Shown here: piece after piece, positions 25,110-38,846 of the stretch
How positions within the stretch are numbered: position 1 is the first letter of the stretch
How the letters are laid out: the number at the start of each line of letters is the position of its first letter
DNA from: Anaeramoeba ignava BMAN
Taxonomy: Eukaryota; Protista; Anaeramoebae
Length of the DNA stretch: 64,000 nucleotides
NCBI GenBank assembly: GCA_028826165.1
Contig: JAPDFW010000078.1
Span: 1 to 64,000, forward strand
Direction: 5' to 3'
Position numbers and translations under genes: made by a program
Notes under the pieces: generated by a model
Seen by the model: only the letters and a program-made list of their open reading frames with translations
Told to the model about the DNA's origin: nothing
Database searches by the model: none

Positions 25110-27991
25110 TTATTTGTATAATTTTTTTTGAGTTTCCAAAACTTTTTTTTGTAAATATTTTGCTAAAAATTGTTTTTGAGTCAAAGATCTTATTTGCTGA
25201 AAAAAAATTAGAATTAGAATTAGAATTAAAATTAGAATTAAAATTTAAATTATTTTATTTACATCCAAATATTCATTAAAATCAAGAACTTTATTCTTAA
25301 GTGCTTTATCTAAATAATAAATTGCTTCTTCAATTGAAGCATCTTCAGCATAAGTTTCAAATAATCTATTTTTTATTTTTTATTTATTATTATTTATTAT
25401 TTCTTTCTTTATTAAATTAATTTCTTACTGTCTTGTTAGTTCATCTTGTGGAATTATTAATTCATTAATATCTAATGAATCAAAATTCTTTGATAAATAT
25501 TCTTCAGACCATTTTTCAAATTCTTTTTGTTTTTCATTTAAAACATAAGAAATATTTTGAAACTCTTCCTAAAAAATTTTTAAAAAATAAATCCAAACAT
25601 TTTCCTTATATTTATATTTCTTTTCTTACAGCTTGAGTATTGAAAAAAGCGATTAATGATTTGATATTATCATAATTTTGTTCAAGTTCTGCTTGTTTTT
25701 GGAATAAATTATCAACTTCAGTTTGATGTTTTTTTTGGAATTCATCAAGTTCATCAGTGATTTTTTCAACTACTTTTTCTTTTAAAGTTTTTTCTTTCTG
25801 AAAAAAAGATGAATTAAAATGAATTAAAATGAATTAAAATGAATTAAAATGAAATAAAATCAAATAAAATGAAATCAATTAAAATCAATTAAAATCAATT
25901 AAAATGAAATAAAATCAAATAAAATCAAATAAAATCAATTAAAATCAATTAAAATCAATTAAAATCAATTAAAATCAATTAAAATCAAATAAAATCAATT
26001 AAAATCAAATAAAATCAAATAAAATCAATTAAAATGAATTAAAATCAAATTAAAATGAATTAAAATCAAATTAAAATCAATTAAAATCAATTAAAATGAA
26101 TTAAAATGAATTAAAATCAATTAAAATCAAATCAAATCAATTAAAATGAAATAAAATGAATTAAAATGAAATAAAATGAATTAAAATCAAATTAAAATCA
26201 ATTAAAATCAATTAAAATCAATTAAAATCAATTAAAATCAATTAAAATCAATTAAAATCAATTAAAATCAATTAAAATCAATTAAAATCAATTAAAATCA
26301 AATAAAATCAAATTAAAATGAAATAAAATCAAATAAAATCAATTAAAATGAAATAAAATCAAATAAAATCAAATTAAAATGAAATAAAATCAATTATAAT
26401 CAAATAAAATCAAATAAAATCAAATTAAAATGAAATAAAATCAATTATAATCAAATTAAAATCAATTAAAATCAATTAAAATCAATTAAAATCAATTAAA
26501 ATTAATTAAAATGAATTAAAATCAAATTAAAATCAAATTAAAATCAAATTAAAATCAAATCAAATCAATTAAAATCAAATAAAATGAATTAAAATGAATT
26601 AAAATGAATTAATAAAATCAAATAAAATGAAATAAAATGAAATAAAATGAATTAAAATGAATTAATAAAATCAAATAAAATGAAATAAAATCAATTAAAA
26701 TGAATTAAAATCAATTAAAATCAAATAAAATCAATTAAAATCAATTAAAATCAATTAAAATCAATTAAAATCAAATTAAAATCAAATAAAATCAATTAAA
26801 ATCAATTAAAATGAATTAAAATCAATTAAAATGAATTAAAATCAATTAAAATGAATTAAAATCAAATTAAATCAATTAAAATCAATTAAAATCAATTAAA
26901 ATCAAATAAAATCAAATAAAATCAATTAAAATCAATTAAAATCAAATAAAATCAATTAAAATGAATTAAAATGAACTAAAATGAAATAAAATGAAATAAA
27001 ATGAAATAAAATGAAATAAAATCAATTAAAATCAATTAAAATCAATTAAAATGAAATAAAATGAATTAAAATCAATTTTGATTTTGATTAAGAAAATCAA
27101 AGTATTCTATACAGGATAAAGAGAAGAATCAAATCTTTTTAAATTTGGAGGATCTTCTAATTTTTTTTGTGGTGGTGGTGGTTGTGGTTTTGGAATTTCA
27201 AATGGAATATCAGTTTGTAAAATTGATACTAAATGCTCAAATAATTCTGTTAAATTATGATGACTTTTCCATTTAACAAGATAAGGAAGATATATTCGAC
27301 CTTTAAATTATAATAATTTGTATTTTATTTTTTTTTTCAAATAAAATTAAAATATTTTAGCTTAAAGTTCTGTGTAAATTGAATGTTTTTTTTTACCCAT
27401 AAAATCAACATTTTTAGTATTTTTCAACTTAATATCTAAAAATTCAAAAAGAAAAAACAATTTCCAACAAATTAATTTTAATTTTAATTTTAATTTTATT
27501 TTCAATTTTATAAATGAATTTTAATTTTAATTTTATAAATGAATATTAATTACTTGGATTAGGAGGAAATACTTGACACCAAGGTGCAGAATTTGGAAAG
27601 TCTTCAAATAAAAATATACCAAGTGGTATTCTAATATTCTTTCCATTTTGTGTTGCATTTATATTGCCTTTTAAATGAAGAACTTGCACAAGTTTTCCAT
27701 CACCTTTTTCTAAATTTCAAAAAAAGAAATAATTAATTTTTATTTAAATTTTATTTAATTTTTATTTTTAAATTTATTTTTATTTTTACTAAATGGACAA
27801 ACTCCAATAGATAAATCAGTATAAAGTAAACAAATTTCTTCAAGAGCTGTTTTTACTTCATTTTTGTGTGAATACTAAATTAAATATTTAATTTGTTATT
27901 TAATTTGTTATTTAATTTTCAAAAAGGAAATTGTTTAAAATTATTTTACAGGAATTAAAGCTTTATTCCAAAATTCAACAATATTAGACAT
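25110..27991 (-). CDS. TSG101: ESCRT-I subunit TSG101/VPS23, 9 exons (missed by the ORF track)
   Basis: UEV domain (LHLKGNI..IPLGIFLFEDFPNSAPWCQV..VDFMGRIYLPYLVKW), coiled coil, steadiness box (AEDASIEEAIYYLDKAL..QIRSLTQKQFL); GT-AG introns in phase. Confidence 0.9.
25810..27080 (-). repeat. TSG101 intron filled with a 10(-11)-bp repeat (+ strand aaaatcaatt / aaaatgaatt / aaaatcaaat)
   Basis: Directly visible. Confidence 0.9.
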
Positions 27992-28321
27992 AATTTAAAA
28001 AATGTAAAAATAAATGAAAGAAGAAGAAAAAAAATGAAAGAGAAAAAAATGAATTTTTAATTTTTTATTTATCAAAAATTCAAAAAAAAAAATCAAAAAA
28101 AAAAGTAATCTTGAGTTGGAATTTTGTTTCGAAAAAAGAATAAAAGTAAAAAAAAAATGATAGAAAAGAAAAAAAAAACCAAAATAAATCAAATGAATCT
28201 GAAAGAAAAAGAAAAAGAAAAAGAAAAAGAAACTGTCAATTTTTGATCTTTGAATTTTTTGAAAGTAAAAAAAAAAAGAAAGAATGATTTTTGTTCTGCT
28301 TTGCTTTGCTTTTAAAAAATT

Positions 28322-29724
28322 TTAAACCAATGTAATCTTAATTCCAAGTTCAATTTCTCCTTTTGTATGAGTATCTTTTTCATTTCTTGGAAGTAATTTG
28401 AATTTTTTAATTACCTTTTTATTTGGAGGAAATTCTTCAAGATCAAATTTAATATCAAATTGTCCAATAAAACTAATTTAGATTTAAAAATAAGAATAGA
28501 TTTAAAAATAAATAAGTAAAATAAAAGTAAGAGAAGTAAAAAGATATTTAGATAAAGATAAATTACTCATCAGAAGAAAAACTAAAAAGAAATTAAAAAA
28601 AGAAGAATAAAATAAATGATTAGAAAATAAGTAATAAAATATATTATTAAAAAATTTTAAATACCGATCCCAATCATAACATTCAACATGAAGTGGTAAA
28701 GCTTTCTCGAATTCTTCTTGTTTTCCTAAAGCGAATGTATAAATTTCCTGAAAACAAATGAATATTTATCAATTAATATTTTTAATTTTTAATATTTATT
28801 ATTTAATTTTTATTATTTATTATTTATTATTTTATATTTAATTTTTAATATTTTTAATTTTTATTATTTTAATTTTTAATATTTTATATTTTTAATATTT
28901 TTAATATTTAATATTATATTTTTAATATTTAATATTTTTAATATTTTAATTTTTAATATTAATATTTTTATTTAATATTTTTAATATTTAATATTTTTAA
29001 TATTTAATATTAAATAATTGAAATTTCTTACTTGACCTTCAGGCCATTTTGGATTTAATGTTTTCATAATCTTTTTCGTTTTGAAAAACTCTTGACCATG
29101 TTTCAAAGTAACATACGGATCACTAGTACCAGTTCTATCCATAGCAGGCAAATCATAACCAGCACGAACTTCAACATGAACTGAATAGAAGCCTTTTTTA
29201 TTTAAAGTTGGAGCAATCTTGATATTCTCAATAAGAGTAGGTTTTTGGACATTTTTGGGTTTTTGATTTGTTTTGATCTCATCCAGATCGTTTTTTTCTT
29301 CAGTTTTGACTTGCTGAAACACAGGAACATCGCCTTCTTTCATTGGAGTAGGAAGTTCACCATCTTTCCTTTTCTTTTCTTCGTCTTCAAATTGTTTTTC
29401 ATCCATTTGAGGATATCCATCAAAAGTTGTTTGGAATTTTTTCTCAACGTAACTCACTAACTGGTTATAATCCCCAACATACTCAAGAATTTTTCCTGAT
29501 TTCTTGTCCTTGATTAATACTACATAGCTTTTCTTGTGAACTACTTTGAATCTTTTGTGTAATTCTTGCATTGTTGGTACCCAACTTCCTGTTACTGATT
29601 CAGTGTTCGTTTCTACTTTTTCAGGGAATTTCTCTTTTAATTCACACAGAAGATCATATGCTCGTTCTCCTTCTATTCCATACACGTTTCCTGTTGAAAG
29701 ATGAACAAATAATTGTTTACTCAT
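28322..29724 (-). CDS. C2-domain protein with N-terminal glutaredoxin-like region, 4 exons including a 15-nt microexon (28567-28581)
   Basis: DLPAMDRTGTSDPYVTL..KTLNPKW..CYDWDRFSSDDFIGQF; Ca-binding Asp residues retained after splicing. Confidence 0.88.
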
Positions 29725-30159
29725 TTTTGAAAAAGAATTGTAAAAAAAAAAAATGAAATTTTTGTTTTGTTTTTTTTTTTATTTAATTTTTTTTTATTTT
29801 TTTGCTTTTTTTCTTCTTTTTTTTTGGTGTTTTTTTGTTGTTTAAAAAATTTCTTCTTCTTTTTTTAAAACAAAAAAAAGGAGAAAAATAATAAATTATT
29901 AATTAAACTACTAATTAAACTCTAATTAAATTATTAATTAAACTCTAATTAAACTCTAATTAAACTCCCCAAAAAGAAAAAAAAAATTTTTTAATTCAAT
30001 TTTTATTTTTCATTTTTTTCCTTTCTTAAAAATTAAAATTTAAAATAAAATTAAAATAAAAATTAAAATTAAAATAAAATTAAAATTAAAATTAAAATTA
30101 AAATTAAAATTTGTAAATAAAATTAAAATTAAAATTAAAATAAAAATTAAAATTTAGAA

Positions 30160-32253
30160 ATGCAACACAAATTAGAAAGAAACACAGAACTTTTAAAAAA
30201 ATTAGGAGAACCAAAAGAATTATTTCAATATTTTCTTGCTTTAACAGAAATTCCAAGAGTTTCAGGAAATGTTAAACCAATTTCAGAAGCTTTAATTGAT
30301 TTTGCAAAAAAACATAAAATTGAAGTTAAAACTGATAAAACTGGAAATATTTTATTTAGAAAACAAGCAACAAAAGGAAATGAAGATTCAGTTTCAGTTT
30401 GTCTTCAAGCACATATGGATATGGTTGGAACAAAAGAACCTGATTATGAATTTGATTTCGCAAAAGATCCATTAAATGTATTTGAAAAAGATGGATGGTT
30501 AAATGCTAAATCAACAACATTAGGTGGTGACGATGGTGCTGGAATTGCAATGATTTTAGCAGCAATGACTGATAAAGAAGCTGTCCATGGACCACTTGAA
30601 GGATTATTTACTGTTGATGAAGAGGTTTAAATTCAAATTAAAATTCAAATTCAAAAATTCAAATTAAAAATTAAAATTAAAATCAAAATTAAAATTAAAA
30701 TTAAAATCAAAATTAAAATCAAAATTAAAATTAAAATTAAAATCAAAATTAAAATCAAAATTAAAATTAAAAAATTAAAATTAAAATTAAAATTAAAATT
30801 AAAATTAAAATTAAAATTAAAATTAAAATTAAAATTAAAATTAAAATTAAAATTAAAATTAAAATTAAAATTAAAATTAAAATTAAAATTAAAATTAAAA
30901 TTAAAAAATTAAAATTAAAATTTAAAATTAAAATTAAAATTAAAATTAAAATTAAAATAAAAAAATTAAAATTAAAATTAAAATTAAAATTAAAATTAAA
31001 ATTAAAATTAAAATTAAAATTAAAATTAAAATTAAAAATTAAAATTCAAAATTAAAATCAAAATTAAAATTAAAATTAAAATTAAAATTAAAATTCAATA
31101 AATAAAGACAACAAATTTGGAGCTTTAGAAATTGAAGGATCACCTTTTATTCAATCAAAATATCTTATTAATGTTGATAGTGAAGATGAGTAAAAATCAA
31201 AAATCAATTCAAAAATAATTTAAATAAAAAAAATCAATTTAAATAAAAATAATTTAAATAAAAATAATTTAAATAAAAATAAAAAGAGGAAAGATTTGTA
31301 TTGGTTCAGCTGGTGGATCTGAACGCAAAATTGAACTTCCATTAAATCAAATTGAAATTCCTAAAGAATATGATACCAAAATTGAACTTTATCTTCATGG
31401 ATTATTAGGAGGACATACAGGATGTGATATTCATGAAGGAAGAGCAAATTCAATCAAATGGTTAACTCGTATTCTTCTTAATTGTATGGAATCGGAATTT
31501 TTAATAGCTAATTTCTCTTCAGGTCATGCAACAAATGCAATTCCAAATTCAGGAAAAGTTATTGTTGTTTTAAAATCTAAAGATGTTGAAAATTTTAAAA
31601 AGAAAGCAGAAGAAATGAATGAAAAAATAATAAATGAATATAAATCAATCGAAACTAAACAACCCAAATTAGAAATGAAAACATTAGATTCAAATTTTGA
31701 AATTAAAAAAGTTTGTGATATTCAATCAGGAAAAAAATTACTTGATTTATTATTGATAATTCCACATGGAGTTTTTAGATTTTCACCTGATGTTACAGGA
31801 TTAGTTGAATCATCTCAATCTTGCAGTATTTGTACAATTAAAGAATCAACAGCAATAATTGAAATTTTAGCAAGATCATCAGTTTTGAGTCAAGTTACTC
31901 TTCTTGATCAAGAATTAGAATCAATTTGCAATTTATCATCAGCTAAATTTATTGCTGATAAATCTTCTGATTTCCCTCCTTGGGCTCCAATAGTTCATAA
32001 TAATCCACTTTTAGATACAATGAAAAGCACTTTTAATGAACTTTATCAAAAACAACCAGAAGTTTATGCTATTCATGCTGGTCTTGAATGTGCTTGCATT
32101 AATATAAAATATCCAGAAATGATTTCAGTTAGTATTGGACCTCAAATTTATGGAGCTCATTCAGTTGATGAAAAAATGAGTATTCAATCTTTTAGAGAAA
32201 CTCATAAATTTTTAATGAAATCACTTGAAAATTTATCAAAAGTTAAAAAATAA
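30160..32253 (+). CDS. pepD: Aminoacyl-histidine dipeptidase PepD (M20C), copy 1, 3 exons; exon 2 has a 1-nt deletion near 31113
   Basis: IPRVSGN, LQAHMDMV, TTLGGDDG, TVDEE, NVDSE, GGHTGCDIH, IHAGLEC, HSVDE; exon 2 is 82 nt versus 83 nt in copy 2. Confidence 0.88.
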
Positions 32254-32673
32254 CTCTCAAGAAACAAAAGAAATTGATTTTTCTTCTTTTTCCAGAAACA
32301 ACTCACTTCAATTCAATTCTTTTTAATTCTTTTTTAATTCCTTTTTCAATTCCTTTTTCAATTCTTTTTTAATTCCTTTTTTAATTCCTTTTTCAATTCC
32401 TTTTTTAATTCCTTTTTTAATTCTTTTTCAATTCTTTTTTTCAATTCAAAAATTTAAAATAAAGAAGAAAGGAAAACAAAACAAAATTAATATATTTTGA
32501 ATATTTTTAATAATATTTTTAAAAAATAGAAATGAAATTTAATTTGGAAAAGTGAAAAATAATTTTCCCAAAAAGTAAAAAAAATAAATTTTTTGTTATT
32601 TTTATTTGTAAAAATTTAATTTCATTTTTCTTCTTCTTTCTTTTTTAATTTAAATTATTTTGAAAAAAAAGAA

Positions 32674-35632
32674 ATGGAATTAAAATTAGAAAGAAACACA
32701 AAACTTTTAAAAAAATTAGGAGAACCAAAAGAATTATTTCAATATTTTCTTGCTTTAACAGAAATTCCAAGAGTTTCAGGAAATGTTAAACCAATTTCAG
32801 AAGCTTTAATTGATTTTGCAAAAAAACATAAAATTGAATACAAAACCGATAAAATTGGAAATATTTTATTTAGAAAACAAGCAACAAAAGGAAATGAAAA
32901 TTCAGTTTCAGTTTGTCTTCAAGCACATATGGATATGGTTGGAACAAAAGAACCTGATTATGAATTTGATTTTTCAAAAGATCCATTAAATGTATTTGAA
33001 AAAGATGGATGGTTAATGGCAAAATCAACAACATTAGGAGCAGATGATGGAATAGGAATTGCAATGATTTTATCAGCAATGATTGATAAAGAATCTATTC
33101 ATGGACCACTTGAAGGATTATTTACTGTTGATGAAGAGGTTTAAATTTAAATCCAAATAATCCAAAAAATCCAAAAATATTCAAAATATTTAAATTTAAA
33201 ATTAAAACCAATAAATAAAGACAACAATGATTGGAGCTTTAGAAATTGAAAAATCACCTTTTCTTCAATCAAAATATCTTATTAATCTTGATAGTGATGG
33301 AGAGTAAAATAATAAATCTAAATCTAAATATAAATCTAAATCTAAATATAAATATAAATATAAATATAAATATAAATATAAATATAAATCTAAATATAAA
33401 TATAAATATAAATATAAATATAAATCTAAATATAAATCTAAATCTAAATATAATTATAAATATAAATATAAATCTAAATATAAATATAAATCTAAATCTA
33501 AATATAAATATAAATATAAATATAAATATAAATATAAATATAATTATAAATATAAATATAAATATAAATATAAATATAAATATAATTATAAATATAAATA
33601 TAAATATAAATCTAAATCTAAAATAATAAATATAAATATAAATATAAATATAAATCTAAATATAAATCTAAAAATATAAATATAAATATAAATATAAATC
33701 TAAATATAAATCTAAATCTAAATATAATTATAAATATAAATATAAATCTAAATATATAAATCTAAATCTAAATATAAATATAAATATAAATATAAATATA
33801 AATATAAATATAATTATAAATATAAATATAAATATAAATATAAATATAAATATAATTATAAATATAATTATAAATATAAATCTAAATCTAAATAATAATA
33901 TAAATATAAATATAAATATAAATATAAATAAAAATAAAAATATAAATATAAATCTAAATCTAAATCTAAATAAATCTAAATATAAATATAAATATAAATA
34001 TAAACATAAAATATAAATCTAAATATAAATATAAATATAAATATAAATATAAATAAAATATAAATATAAATATAAATATAAATATAAATATAAATATAAA
34101 TATAAATATAAATATAAATATAAATATAAATATAAATATAAATATAAATATAAATATAAATATAAATAAATATAAATATAAATCTAAATATAATTATAAA
34201 TCTAAATATAAATATAAATATAAATATAAATATAAATATAAATATAAATATAAATATAAATATAAATCTAAATATAAAATAAATATAAATATAAATCTAA
34301 ATATAAATATAAATATAAATATAAATAAAATTATAAATATAAATCTAAATCTAAATATAAATCTAAATATAAAATAAATCTAAATCTAAATCTAAATCTA
34401 AATCTAAATATAAATCTAAATATAATTATAAATATAAATATAAATCTAAATATAAATCTAAATCTAAATATAAATCTAAATATAAATATAAATATAAATC
34501 TAAATCTAAATCTAAATATAAATCTAAATATAAATATAAATCTAAATATAAATCTAAATCTAAATCTAAATAATCTAAATCTAAATCTAAATATAATTAT
34601 AAATCTAAATATAAATATAAATATAAATATAAATAATTTAAATAAAAATATAAATAAAAATAAAGAGGAAAGATTTGTATTGGTTCAACTGGTTGTTTAG
34701 AAAGAAAAATTGAACTTTCATTAAATCAAATTGAAATTCCTAAAGAATATGATACTAAAATTGAACTTTATCTTCATGGATTATTAGGAGGACATTCAGG
34801 ATGTGATATTCATGAAGGAAGAGCAAATTCAATCAAATGGTTAACTCGTATTCTTCTTAATTGTATGGAATCGGAATTTTTAATAGCTAATTTCTCTTCA
34901 GGTCATGCAACAAATGCAATTCCAAATTCAGGAAAAGTTATTGTTGTTTTAAAATCTAAAGATGTTGAAAATTTTAAAAAGAAAGCAGAAGAAATGAATG
35001 AAAAAATAATAAATGAATATAAATCAATCGAAACTAAACAACCCAAATTAGAAATGAAAACATTAGATTCAAATTTTGAAATTAAAAAAGTTTGTGATAT
35101 TCAATCAGGAAAAAAATTACTTGATTTATTATTAATAATTCCACATGGAGTTTTTAGATTTTCACCTGATGTTCCAGGATTAGTTGAATCATCAAGATCT
35201 TGCAGTATTTGTACAATTAAAGAATCAACAGCAATAATTGAAACTTTAATAAGATCATCAAATTCAAGTATATTAAATTTTCTTGATCAAGAATTAGAAT
35301 CAATTTGCAATTTATCATCAACTAAATATATTGCTGATAAATCTTTTGATTCCCCACCTTGGATTCCAATAATTGATAATAATCCACTTTTAGATACAAT
35401 GAAAAGCACTTTTAATGAACTTTATCAAAAACAACCAGAAGTTTATGCTAGTCATGCTGGACTTGAATGTGCTTTTATTATTAACTCATATCCAGAAATG
35501 ATTGCAGTTAGTATTGGACCAGAAACTTATGGAGCTCATTCAGTTGATGAAAATTTAAATATTCAATCTTTTAGAGAAACTCATAAATTTTTAATGAAAT
35601 CACTTGAAAATTTATCAAAAATTAAAAAATAA
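32674..35632 (+). CDS. pepD: Aminoacyl-histidine dipeptidase PepD (M20C), copy 2, 3 exons, intact
   Basis: Same motifs; introns 33139-33220 and 33304-34665 at the same positions as in copy 1. Confidence 0.92.
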
Positions 35633-35687
35633 TTCTTTTTGATTTTCATTTTTTTCATTTTTTCTTTCTTTCTTTTGAACAACAAAA

Positions 35688-38600
35688 ATGGAAAAAGATT
35701 TCTTGAAAAAAAATTCAATTATTAAAATTCAAAAAGTTTTTAGAGGATTTCTAACGAGAAAATCTCTTAGAAATCAAAGTAAAAATTACAAAAAAAAAAA
35801 AAAGAGAAAGAAAAAGAAAAAATTCAATAAAAAATTTTTTTATCCAAAAAAAAAAACCAGAAAAAATTAAAAAAGCCCGAAAAAGAAACAATTTAATTAG
35901 AGAGTTAATTGAGACAGAAAAATCTTATTTATTCTATCTTAAACAAACAAATGATTATTTTTTATCTCCTTTATTAAGAAAAAAAATACTTGATGAAGAA
36001 CAATGCCAATTATTATTTTCAAATATCAATAGCATTTTTGTGTTGAATTACCAATTATATGAGGACTTAAAATCAAGACAATATGATGCTAAAATACATT
36101 ATTATGGAGACATTTTTCTGAATTTCATTCCTTATTTAAAAATTTATAGTGAATATGTTAATAATTATCCCAAATCAATTGATATATTAAAAAAAGCACG
36201 AAAAAAGAATAAATTTTCAAAGTTCATCAAGAAAGTAGAAGAATTACCTCAATTAAATAGACTCGAATTGGAGTCTTTATTAATTGCCCCTATTCAAAGA
36301 CTTCCTCGTTATGTTCTTTTTATTGAGGTTAATATTTTGAAAGAAAAAAATATAATCAAGTAACAAAAAAAATTCAAGTTATCATTTGTATTAATTTTAT
36401 TCAGGAAATTGTCAAGAATACTTCAAAAAATCATCCAGATTTCAAATATTTTCAACAAGCACTTGTGAAAATAAAGGAAGTTGCTGATCAAGTAAATATT
36501 AAAAAAAGAGAACAAGAAAATTTAGAACAATTGTTAGAAATCCGTCCTTTTATTCGTGGTTTTGTATCAATAAAAAAAATCACTTTTGAATTCATTTCCA
36601 AATTAAAAAATATTATTAAATTTTAAGGAAGTTGTTTCAAAAAATAGAAAAATTATCAAACAAGGAGATATCATCATTTCATACAAAAACAATCAAAGAC
36701 AAAAAAGAAAATGTCTTTTATTTAATGATTGTTTAATAATTATGCAAAGGAATTGGGATCATAATTTTACGTTTGAAATTAAAGTTTCTTTTGAACAAAT
36801 ACAAATAATTGGAAATGAGGATAAATCGTTAATTTTAGTAAATGGAGCTAACAAAATTTGGATGTTTTTTCCGGATATGAAAACCAAAAATGGTTGGGAA
36901 TCAGCAATTAAAGAAACTTTGATAAATTTTCAAAAATCCAAATTGGGTAAATCTCAATTTAAATGATTTAATGAAATTTTTATTAATTTGAATTGGAAAT
37001 AATAAAAAAAAAAAACTAAATGAAAAGATACTGCCAAAATGGAATTTACTCCCAGGATATGGATCTATTCCACCCAAAATGATGAATCATAGAGCATGCA
37101 TTGTTGATGATTCAATTTATGTTTTTGGAGGGGAAAATTCTCATCATGAAAAAATGAATGATTTATTTAGATATCAACTTGGTGAATTTTATACAATATT
37201 TTTTGTTTAAAGAAAAAAAAAAAAGTGGATTTCGAAAATTTAATTAAATATATTATATTTGTTTGAATGATAGATTCATATGAGTGGAATTTAATTGAAA
37301 TCAAAGAAGGAAACAAGCCTTCTAAAAGAATTGGACATACACTAAATAAAATACAGGATAATTTATTTCTGTTTGGAGGAGAAGGAAAAGAAAACAAATC
37401 TCTTGGAGATCTTCATATTTTTCGAATTGGTTTGAAAATATTTTGATATTTTTTTTCTTGTTTTAAATTTGGATATTTATTTTTGGAAAAAAAAAAGAGA
37501 CAAAGAAGTGGATAAATAGCCCAAAAGCAATAGGAGTGGCAGCATCTGAAAGAAGCTTTCATTCATCATCTGTTCTTTCTGGGAAAATATGGATATTTGG
37601 AGGAATTGGGAAAACAAAAGAAAAATTGAATGATCTTCATCAACTTGATACAACAGTGAATCCTTTGACTTGGATAAATGTAGATATTTCCAATCCATTT
37701 TTCGCAATTCCAAGATGTGGACATTCAACAGTTTTTTTGGATAATAAACTTTTTATTATTGGAGGAGAAATTGAAAAAGAAATAAAACAAAGCTTAATCA
37801 TTTATGATTTAAGTAAGAAAATTAAACTTTAAAATTAAATTTTTAAAATTTATTATAATTTGTTTTAGAAAGTAATTCTTTCTTTAAAATAGAAAATGAG
37901 TTTTTGGAACGTTCTTATCATACAAGTAAGTAATCCAAAAAAAAATATAGAAGAAAATATTCATTTAATTTTTTCATTTTTAAGTAACGTTGATAAAAGA
38001 TCGAATTTGGATTATTGGAGGAGAAAATGAGCAACTAAAAGTTGTGAATATTGTTGTTTTGAATGGGAAGAATTTTGGGATGAAAGAAATCAATGAAATT
38101 GGAGATTTTCCAGGAGAATTTTCAAGACATACAACAGTTATCAAAGAAAATTCAGAAACGCAAAAGTTATATTTGTTTGGAGGATTGGAAAAAGGAAGTG
38201 GAAAGATGTCGAATAAAGTTTATTGTCTTGATGCTCATTTCCAAACTTTGATTCCAAATGAAAATACAAATTTGGAGGAAAAAGTGGAAAATTTTCGAAT
38301 CAAAATTGATTTCTTCTGAATTTTTGAAATCTAATGAAAAAAAACGAACTGGAGGAGATCATACAATTTCACGAAGATTTACGATTGGAGTAACAAATTT
38401 TCAACGGGAATTAAAAGGAAAAGATGAAAAGATGAAAAGGAAAAGGAAAAGAAAAAGAACAAGAAAGAAAAAAGAAAAAATGGAAAACAATGGAGTATTT
38501 TTTGGATTCAAGGTTTGGATCAGCGAAAGAGTTTGCTAATGATTTTTTGGGGTTTGTTGTTCAAGAGACTGAATGGGGAAAATCACTTCCTCAAACTTTT

Positions 38601-38846
38601 CGACAGAAGTTCATTCGACCAGTTTGTATTGTTGTGATTAAATATTTTAATAAAACAAAAGAGTCTCAATATTTGTATCTTCAAGAGAAAATTAGTTTGG
38701 CAAATTTACAAAAATTTTTGGGTTGTGGTGCTGTTTATGTTTATTCTGGTTTTAATGAGAAAGTTATTGTTGATGAAGATATGTTTGAGAATTTATGTTT
38801 TGTGGGGAAGAAGAAATATGGAGTTGTTGAGATATATGAATTATAA
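35688..38846 (+). CDS. IQ-DH(RhoGEF)-PH-kelch repeat protein, multi-exon, with apparent single-base frameshifts
   Basis: IQKVFRGFLTRK (IQ); ELIETEKSY and LESLLIAPIQRLPRY (DH); LFNDCLII (PH); repeated H....YVFGG/FLFGG/WIFGG kelch blades; 3' end after 38290 is uncertain. Confidence 0.82.

Noticed and set aside
24501-25279. Hydrophobic ORFs overlapping the PI31 3' end and the last TSG101 exon
   Set aside because: Alternative-frame or antisense readings through T-rich UTR sequence
1268-33626. ORF-track entries made of IN/FN/KI/YI repeats (e.g. 1268-1555, 6324-6968, 15457-15900, 18840-19178, 33246-33626, and most of 17162-17683)
   Set aside because: Stop-free frames of intronic hexamer and 12-mer arrays; they lie inside introns defined by in-phase GT-AG junctions
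36948-37027. Non-canonical intron in the RhoGEF gene (phase mismatch)
   Set aside because: Canonical GT-AG plus one surplus A at 37036-37039 gives D-T-A-K-W-N, matching the other kelch blade starts
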